Part shown: positions 6,809 through 12,735 of the stretch, piece by piece
Position numbering within the stretch: position 1 is the stretch's first letter
How the letters are laid out: each line of letters begins with the position of its first letter
From: Candidatus Aenigmatarchaeota archaeon
GTDB taxonomy: Archaea > Aenigmatarchaeota > Aenigmatarchaeia > JACPZZ01
Direction: 5' to 3'
NCBI GenBank assembly: GCA_043801595.1
Contig: JAZDLW010000001.1
Coordinates: 1 to 12,735 of the forward strand
Length of the DNA: 12,735 bases
Notes under the pieces: generated by a model
Database searches by the model: none
What the model was told of the DNA's origin: nothing
What the model saw: the letters and a program-made list of their open reading frames with translations, nothing else
Made by a program: the position numbers and the translations under genes

Positions 6809-8449
6809 TTAATTTCCTTTTTCTTTATTTTTTCCGTATCTCTTGTCAATATCTTCAAGCTTTTTGTCGATTTTCTTCTCCGCTTCAAGCCTTTCCAGAC
6901 CGTACGATGCTGTGTCAACGAAATTCGCAAACGACGTAAGATTCGGATGCACTTTTCTCACTTCTTCAAACATGTTCTGCGCAACTGCGCGGTAATCCGG
7001 ATGCCCTTGCCGTCCGCTTCTTAGCTCGCACAGGTGATAGACTTCTCTCAGGTTCATCATGAAATACCACCTTATCCTGTATGCGAGAGGAACGACATAT
7101 TGCGCCTCGTTCGGATATTTCACCGCAATCGCCCCGAAAGCAGATTTCGCAGCGTCCATCGCATCCGCGTACTCGGTTCCAAGTCCGGCCTCGCTGATTT
7201 CAGCAGGCATGTCGTAACCGTTATTGGTTGTTAACAATTGCCGCACCTGTGTAAGTATCCTGTGCCTGTGCAGATCGCGGTACATGCCGTAATTCCCTAA
7301 AATATCGAATTTGTAATAGGTGTTTTCGAAAGCGCGGCCAGGACGATGTCGCCTGTTCGCGCGCTGCGAAACATACGCTTCGATTATCCTTTTCCTCTCA
7401 TCAGCGCCCATTTTCGAAACTGTCTCCCTTATTCTCGTCTCGGATACGCCAAGATGCGGATAGAGTATTGCTGCTATGATCTTTACCTCCGCATCCCTGT
7501 CATAATCGACAAGCGTGACGGTTTTATCGTTTTTCGCAATCTCTTTCAGGTTTGACGCAATAGCCTCCACATCGCCGTGGCTACTTGAAAGATAATTGAC
7601 ATAATCGCTTCCGTGCGATCCGGAAACCCTTTTTACAAACGACGGTATCACTGTGCCAAGCTCGTTTTTCATCGAATCCGATATGTTTTTCATCTCAGCC
7701 ATCGGATTCGCTTTCATCTTCAGCAGCAAATACTCAAAAGCTCGTCCATTGCCGTAAAGCCCGAGATTTGTCAGTGTGCCCGCAGGCAGCAGCCCTCGAA
7801 TCAGATCGCACGCTTTAGCCCTTACAGCCGCTTCGTAAGCGCGGTCCGATACGCTTTCCGTTCTCGGAAATCGCCCGATCACGAACTTCTTGACAGGCTC
7901 AATCGTTTTCGCGTAAGTATCGAACAGTAGGTTCATTGTCTCAATGTACGTGTCCGCAAATTCGGACGCCATAATCGTTGGTTCCTTGTAAAACTTGTAC
8001 GACCCGTCCTCCTTTTGGTCGAAAAATACGTAGCGCGTCGATTTTTCCAAGGGCGAAAGGCCGATTCGCGAATCCTCGATTACCTTTGTGGCTACGATTG
8101 AAACGTTTTCGCAGGCAACATGCGCTCCGCCAAGCTCGGCAACAGAATCGTCGCCAAAATCAACCAAAACGCGATCGTAAAACTCTTCCGCTTTCTTTAT
8201 GGCGGCTGATTGGTCTGTCGTATTCGTAGAACCGACAATTTGACTGAATCCCATCTCGGGTTTTTTTATAAACTCATCGAGTAAAACTCTCCGTAGGCTT
8301 TTCGAAGTCCTACTGTAACGCGAGAATAACGAACCTTTCACAACCTCTGGAAGGTTTTTTATAACGAATATATCCTTGTCCATGTTCGAGAAAAAAGGTC
8401 TTAGAACCGCTTCCTCCTCTGGCGTGAATCTCTGCTGCATCTGCTTCAC
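6809..8449 (-). CDS. thyX: FAD-dependent thymidylate synthase, long tandem-domain form
   Basis: Domain 1: DFGDDSVAELG, SPLEKSTRYV, D.IRGLLP. Domain 2: YRDLHRHR, AQYVVPL, ELRSGRQGH..YR. GTG at 8449 overlaps the glyA TGA; alternative ATG at 8440. Confidence 0.93.
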   Translation of the reverse strand: MKQMQQRFTPEEEAVLRPFFSNMDKDIFVIKNLPEVVKGSLFSRYSRTSKSLRRVLLDEFIKKPEMGFSQIVGSTNTTDQSAAIKKAEEFYDRVLVDFGDDSVAELGGAHVACENVSIVATKVIEDSRIGLSPLEKSTRYVFFDQKEDGSYKFYKEPTIMASEFADTYIETMNLLFDTYAKTIEPVKKFVIGRFPRTESVSDRAYEAAVRAKACDLIRGLLPAGTLTNLGLYGNGRAFEYLLLKMKANPMAEMKNISDSMKNELGTVIPSFVKRVSGSHGSDYVNYLSSSHGDVEAIASNLKEIAKNDKTVTLVDYDRDAEVKIIAAILYPHLGVSETRIRETVSKMGADERKRIIEAYVSQRANRRHRPGRAFENTYYKFDILGNYGMYRDLHRHRILTQVRQLLTTNNGYDMPAEISEAGLGTEYADAMDAAKSAFGAIAVKYPNEAQYVVPLAYRIRWYFMMNLREVYHLCELRSGRQGHPDYRAVAQNMFEEVRKVHPNLTSFANFVDTASYGLERLEAEKKIDKKLEDIDKRYGKNKEKGN

Positions 8450-9795
8450 ATCTTAAGATAAAACGGGAACTTCGCGCATAATTCCTTTACACGCGTCTTG
8501 ACGTCCGCAACTTTCGCATTGCTCCTCATCTCGGCTTTAAACGCTTTGATGTAATCCGCCCGGTCGCCTTTATCCGGAAGCTGGTAATCCTTTGTCTCGC
8601 CGATTACGTCGGCTATCCATTTTCCTATGACTAGCATCTCCTTCTCCTTCATTCCCCTCGTTGTCAGTGTCGGCGTTCCTAAACGCAAACCGCTCGGATA
8701 AAACGGCGATGAAGGGTCTTTCGGTATGGTGTTCTTGTTTGTGAATATATTTGCAGCCTCCAATGCTTCAGACGCGAAAACGCCTTTCCCGATTCCGAAC
8801 TGCGTAAGGTCTATCAAAATCATGTGATTCTCGGTCCCATTCGTTACGAGCTTTATTCCGTTTTCCATCAACGCATTCGCAAGCGCCTTCGCGTTTTTGA
8901 CAATCTGTCTGCCGTATTCTTTGAACTCGGGTTTCATCGCCTCTCCCAACGCAACGGCTGTCGCGGCAATCTGGTGCTCGTGTGGCCCGCCTTGAAGACC
9001 GGGAAAAATCGCCCTGTCGATCTTTTCAGAAAGTTCAGGATCCTTTCTCAGTCCTTTCGCAGTAACCATTATCATGCCACCGCGAGGACCTCTCAGGGTT
9101 TTGTGCGTGGTTGTTGTTATTATATGGGCGTATTCAACAGGGCTTTTGTGAACGCCCGCTATTATCAGGCCGGAAATGTGCGCGATATCAGCGGCTAAGT
9201 ACGCGCCAACCTCGTCTGCTATCTTGCCCAACTCCTCAAACGGGAATTCTCTCACATAAGCCGTTGCGCCGACCCATATCAGCTTTGGTTTATTTTCAAT
9301 GGCGAGGCGCCGCACCTCCTCCAAGTCAATGTAGCCGTCCGCTTTTACGTGATAAGGAACGCTCTTATAGAATTGTCCTGTAGCATTTGCTTTCCAGCCG
9401 TGCGTTAAATGTCCTCCGTCAGGCAGATTGTGCCCCATTATAACGTCTCCCGGCTTGCACGTTGCCATATAGACGGCAAAATTGGCCGGACTTCCGGAAT
9501 ACGGCTGGACGTTTGCATGAGGCACGCCAAAGGCTTTTTTTGCGCGTTCTATCGCAATTGTCTCAATCTGGTCTATGAATTCATGCCCGCTGTAATAACG
9601 TTTTTTCGGATAGCCTTCGGAATATTTATTCGTCAGTATCGAACCTAACGCTTCCAGCACAGAAGGCGATACGTAGTTTTCCGAAGGTATCATCTCCAGC
9701 CCTTCTTCCTGCCTGCGTAGGTCGCTCCGGATAAGATTCGCAATCTCCGGATCGGTTTTCGTCAAATTCGAAAGTTGGAAAAACCAGTCTGTCAT
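8446..9795 (-). CDS. glyA: Serine hydroxymethyltransferase
   Basis: LEMIPSENY, NKYSEGYP..RYY, NVQPYSGSPAN, GGHLTHG, DIAHISGL, TTTHKTLRGPRGG (PLP lysine), FPGLQGGP and SGLRLGTP. Confidence 0.98.
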   Translation of the reverse strand: MTDWFFQLSNLTKTDPEIANLIRSDLRRQEEGLEMIPSENYVSPSVLEALGSILTNKYSEGYPKKRYYSGHEFIDQIETIAIERAKKAFGVPHANVQPYSGSPANFAVYMATCKPGDVIMGHNLPDGGHLTHGWKANATGQFYKSVPYHVKADGYIDLEEVRRLAIENKPKLIWVGATAYVREFPFEELGKIADEVGAYLAADIAHISGLIIAGVHKSPVEYAHIITTTTHKTLRGPRGGMIMVTAKGLRKDPELSEKIDRAIFPGLQGGPHEHQIAATAVALGEAMKPEFKEYGRQIVKNAKALANALMENGIKLVTNGTENHMILIDLTQFGIGKGVFASEALEAANIFTNKNTIPKDPSSPFYPSGLRLGTPTLTTRGMKEKEMLVIGKWIADVIGETKDYQLPDKGDRADYIKAFKAEMRSNAKVADVKTRVKELCAKFPFYLKM

Positions 9796-9823
9796 TCGAT
9801 CTGAAATACTGAATGATTTTCAA

Positions 9824-9833
9824 ATTATAAATA
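9824..9833 (-). promoter_or_regulatory. TATA box for glyA-thyX
   Basis: Minus strand TATTTATAAT about 30 nt upstream of the glyA ATG, consistent with a nearly leaderless mRNA. Confidence 0.6.
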
Positions 9834-9858
9834 CAGACGCCGGATGGCAACAACCGCG

Positions 9859-9867
9859 TTTTTATAT
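9859..9867 (+). promoter_or_regulatory. TATA box for the C/D box sRNA (and possibly rfcL)
   Basis: TTTTTATAT ends about 24 nt upstream of box C. Confidence 0.6.
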
Positions 9868-9883
9868 CGTCGTGCCGAAAGAG

Positions 9884-9960
9884 AATTGGCGATGACGAAG
9901 ATTTACCGTCCCAGTCTGACCTTTGGAATGACGACAACTGGTAGCTTCGGAGCCGCAATT
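9884..9960 (+). ncRNA. Archaeal C/D box 2'-O-methylation guide sRNA; D' guide predicted to target 23S rRNA G2251
   Basis: Box C ATGACGA 9892-9898, D' CTGA 9916-9919, C' ATGACGA 9928-9934, D CGGA 9948-9951. Terminal stem aattggc/gccgcaatt. Guide accgtcccagt pairs with the conserved P-loop sequence ACUGGGGCGGU. Confidence 0.85.
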
Positions 9961-9972
9961 TTGTCAAAATGG

Positions 9973-10013
9973 TTTTTGGGAAATCCAAAGACCTTTTTCC
10001 CAAAAAGGGATTT
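9973..10013 (+). repeat. Inverted repeats able to form alternative hairpins ahead of rfcL
   Basis: tttttgggaaa (9973-9983) / tttcccaaaaa (9996-10006). Alternative: T-tract stem at 9992-10008 plus aaatcc/ggattt. Confidence 0.6.
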
Positions 10014-10016
10014 GGT

Positions 10017-11153
10017 ATGTTAACGGAAAAATACAAGCCGAAATCGCTGGACGAAGTCGTGGGCCAGAACCAGGTTATTATAAAACTTGAGCACTGGTTT
10101 TCACACTGGAAACGCGGTGAAAAATGCCTTTTCCTGTGCGGACCGCCGGGAATCGGAAAAACTTGCGTCATCGAGGCGTTCGCGGCTGAAAAAAATCTTG
10201 AACTGATAGAAATGAACGCTTCCGATTACCGTACTGCAGAACAAATAAGCAAGGTCGCCGGCAATGCGTCTGCGATGGCGTCGTTGACAAACAGAAAAAA
10301 ACTTATTTTAATCGACGAAGTCGACAACCTCGACAGGCATGAAACCGTAACGCCGCTTGTTAATCTCATAAAAAATTCGGGTTTTCCGATAGTTTTAACG
10401 TCGAACGATGCGTGGAACATCAAAATAAGGCCGCTGCATGCGGTCTCGGAAATAATCCATATGAGAAGGGTGATGTCGTTTTCCGTAACAAAAAAACTCA
10501 AGGAAATTTCAGCAGCGGAAAAATTAAACTCAACGGACGATCACATAAAAGCGATAGCGGCCCAATGCGCCGGCGACCTTCGTTCCGCTATAAACGACCT
10601 GGAATCGTTTTCTTCGGAAACATACCGCGAACGCAGGTCGTCGATATTCGACGCTGTAAGGACAATATTGAAAACAAACAGCGCAAAAGACGCGAAAACC
10701 GCGATATCGCTGTTGTCAGAGGATCCGGAGTACGTTTTCTGGTGGGTTGAGAACAACGTGATAGAAGAATATAAAAATCCAAACGACCTCGCAAATGCGA
10801 TGAAGACGCTTGCACTGGCAGACTTGTTCCGCACAAGGATAAAAAACCAGAACTGGAAAATGCTCGGCTACTTCATAGATTTATTCACATCCGGAACTGC
10901 GCTGGCGAAAAAAGAAACGTACGGCGGATTCACAATGTACCGGCCGCCCGATATTATCTCCTCGCTGGGCAGCACGAAAAAATCGCGGGCTTTGCGAAAA
11001 GAACTTTGCAGGAAGATCGGGAAAAAATTGAACGAATCGCCTTCGACCGTTAATACGGAATACCTTCCGTTCCTCGCAATGCTAAAACGAAACGACGAGA
11101 TTGCAAAATACTTCAACTTGACGGACGAAGAAATCGAAATACTCAAAGCGTAA
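10017..11153 (+). CDS. rfcL: Replication factor C large subunit
   Basis: MLTEKYKPKSL, Walker A GPPGIGKT, IEMNASDYR, Walker B ILIDEVD, PIVLTSND, GDLRSAINDLE and WVENN. ATG 10017 preferred over 9969 on family start position. Confidence 0.93.
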   Translation: MLTEKYKPKSLDEVVGQNQVIIKLEHWFSHWKRGEKCLFLCGPPGIGKTCVIEAFAAEKNLELIEMNASDYRTAEQISKVAGNASAMASLTNRKKLILIDEVDNLDRHETVTPLVNLIKNSGFPIVLTSNDAWNIKIRPLHAVSEIIHMRRVMSFSVTKKLKEISAAEKLNSTDDHIKAIAAQCAGDLRSAINDLESFSSETYRERRSSIFDAVRTILKTNSAKDAKTAISLLSEDPEYVFWWVENNVIEEYKNPNDLANAMKTLALADLFRTRIKNQNWKMLGYFIDLFTSGTALAKKETYGGFTMYRPPDIISSLGSTKKSRALRKELCRKIGKKLNESPSTVNTEYLPFLAMLKRNDEIAKYFNLTDEEIEILKA

Positions 11154-11402
11154 TCATTCGTCGCAATCGTGGCTATATCGATAAACCTCTGGCAACGGAA
11201 GCCCGGCAGAAGCAAGCACCTTGTAAACAACCGGCGCCCTTTCTTCGATTTCAAGCATGGCCAAATCGTATCTCGCCCTGATTGTACCCCGTCTCAACCG
11301 GAACCTTACATTCTCCGCAAACGTCCCGCCCGGCAAAGGCGTTGACAGGACTCTTGCCTTCCACTTCGCATATTCATTAGGTGTATGATAGCGCCCTTGC
11401 AT
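11154..11402 (-). CDS. Hypothetical protein (82 aa from MQGRY; up to 106 aa from 11474)
   Basis: Fills the gap; its stop directly abuts the convergent rfcL stop. No recognised motif and the start is uncertain. Confidence 0.45.
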   Translation of the reverse strand: MQGRYHTPNEYAKWKARVLSTPLPGGTFAENVRFRLRRGTIRARYDLAMLEIEERAPVVYKVLASAGLPLPEVYRYSHDCDE

Positions 11403-11482
11403 TATTCTCGAATCGGATACGATGTGATCTGGATCTGTGCAAACAAAGCTCATTAAAAACATATGCGCGTGCAACTATTTAT

Positions 11483-12289
11483 CTACGGAAACGCAAGCTC
11501 TATCTTTCTCATTATGTTGGGCACGCTTCCAACGCTGTCCGCCTTTATTTTTACATAAACATCCATACATCCGATGCATGAGCATGACGCGCTCACGACC
11601 CACGAACCGCTGCCAGTCAATCCGGAAGCGCATTGCGAATAAACGTTGCCGTCAGAGGATGTATAAATCGAAAAAGTATCCGAATCCGAACCGCTCGCCT
11701 GTTCCGTATAAGCGCTTACAGCAACATTGTTCGTATCGGCGTTTGCAACCTTGAACACCATGAACGAATCGTCCTTCGACCAAAGGAACTTGCTCTTCGG
11801 GTTGTCGCAGTTCTGCTTTATCTTTTTCGACTTGTACGCGTCCGCAGTGCCTAAGATATTTTGGTAGTCGTGACTTACCGAATTGCACGTCCCAAGCACG
11901 GTTTTGCCGTCGAATTGTGCGGCCTTAAAAGATGCGAAATACGTTGCCCTATTCGACGACAATGTAACATTATAGTAAGCGTTCCTCAAGAGGTTGGTCG
12001 AGGTACAGCCGAGCGTGTAATTGTAATCGATTGAAAACGGCCCGTTCGCCTTGTTCTCAAAAAAATATTTCATCTCCTCGAAAGGCTGCGTGTTTCCGCA
12101 TCCAGTATTGTACTGCCAATACCTTCCCATTTCCTCCGACACGTCAACGATATTTTTCAAGACAAACGCTTCCGAGTATGTTTCCGGCTCCGAAAGGTCC
12201 ATCGAGGAATAGTTTTGCAGGCTCTGGTATATTCCCAACAAAACTCCTACGATTATAACCGCGGCGACAATGAAAAATTGTCCTTTCAT
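11483..12289 (-). CDS. Class III signal peptide (archaeal type IV pilin-like) surface protein
   Basis: MKG|QFFIVAAVIIVGVLLGIY prepilin-type N-terminus; Ser/Thr/Asn-rich body with 8 Cys. Confidence 0.8.
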   Translation of the reverse strand: MKGQFFIVAAVIIVGVLLGIYQSLQNYSSMDLSEPETYSEAFVLKNIVDVSEEMGRYWQYNTGCGNTQPFEEMKYFFENKANGPFSIDYNYTLGCTSTNLLRNAYYNVTLSSNRATYFASFKAAQFDGKTVLGTCNSVSHDYQNILGTADAYKSKKIKQNCDNPKSKFLWSKDDSFMVFKVANADTNNVAVSAYTEQASGSDSDTFSIYTSSDGNVYSQCASGLTGSGSWVVSASCSCIGCMDVYVKIKADSVGSVPNIMRKIELAFP

Positions 12290-12386
12290 TTCAAACCACT
12301 TGATTGAGTATAACCATCCTGATTAATAATCATGATCAAATGATTTGCAAAACACTTTGATAAAATGCTTTCTGGTTGACCGCCAT

Positions 12387-12695
12387 TTATCCGATCTTCG
12401 CCGTAACCGCCTGCGCATGCATGACGCCGCCTATGCTTAGGACATGATTTTTCCCGACAAAACCGTTTTTTATCGCAACAGCAACGCATAGATTTCCGGC
12501 AAGATTTATTATTGTCGAATTCCGCATTTCCGATAACAGTTCCTGTTCACTGCACTCCCTGCCGCAATAAAACGTCTTCGAAACGCTTAGTCTCAGTTTG
12601 TTCTCCTCGAAAACCTGGCCAACAATATTCGAATCGCACGCTGCGACGACAATATCGCCGTTTCTTTCAAACCTGTTCACGAAGAACTCTGCCAT
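12387..12695 (-). CDS. DUF424 family protein
   Basis: VVAACD..IVG..FEE..L.L.VS..FY.G, IINLAGN.CV..AI..GFV and IGGV.HAQ, the typical archaeal DUF424 pattern. Confidence 0.9.
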   Translation of the reverse strand: MAEFFVNRFERNGDIVVAACDSNIVGQVFEENKLRLSVSKTFYCGRECSEQELLSEMRNSTIINLAGNLCVAVAIKNGFVGKNHVLSIGGVMHAQAVTAKIG

Positions 12696-12735
12696 AAATC
12701 TTCCCGCAAAACAAAATTTACTATGAAGTTTAATC

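Noticed and set aside
9796..9968. ZTP, THF or glycine riboswitch upstream of glyA
   Set aside because: The glyA TATA is only about 30 nt from the ATG, leaving no room for a leader. The structured element is on the opposite strand and fits a C/D sRNA.
9969..10016. N-terminal extension of RfcL given in the ORF track
   Set aside because: Family homology begins at MLTEKY (10017); the extension is the inverted-repeat region.
615..12697. Many antisense or overlapping track ORFs (e.g. 615-833, 1590-2542, 2698-2943, 5109-5405, 7034-8229, 8824-9648, 9626-10171, 10226-11254, 11381-12258, 12286-12489, 12512-12697)
   Set aside because: Shadows of well-supported genes or regulatory regions, with no motifs of their own.
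1..12735. tRNA, rRNA, CRISPR array, transposase or integrase
   Set aside because: No cloverleaf or T-loop motifs, regularly spaced repeats or recombinase motifs seen by eye.

Overview
Archaeal chromosomal segment, probably from a DPANN-type lineage. This is inferred from TATA/BRE promoters, an archaeal RFC large subunit, DUF424, DUF112/TctA, a class III signal-peptide protein and compact genes; it uses the standard genetic code. Genes: partial tsaC, a DedA/VTT-like membrane protein, an OB-fold protein plus TctA/DUF112 pair, membrane hypotheticals, a degenerate ADP-forming acyl-CoA synthetase beta subunit, a YdjM-like hydrolase, a small PC4/PUR-like protein, a bacterial-type glyA plus double-domain thyX operon, rfcL, a pilin-like protein and DUF424. 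Four things are missing from the ORF track. (1) A C/D box guide sRNA between glyA and rfcL (about 9884-9960) with its own TATA box; its D' guide is complementary to the 23S rRNA P-loop and predicts Gm2251 (E. coli numbering). (2) A 56-aa gene with a structured leader. (3) A possible 10-codon Lys-rich micro-ORF with promoter, leader hairpin and strong SD. (4) A 1.4-kb AT-rich island bounded by a 13-bp direct repeat that may have displaced the start codon of the downstream ATP-grasp gene. Family assignments come from motif recognition, not database searches.
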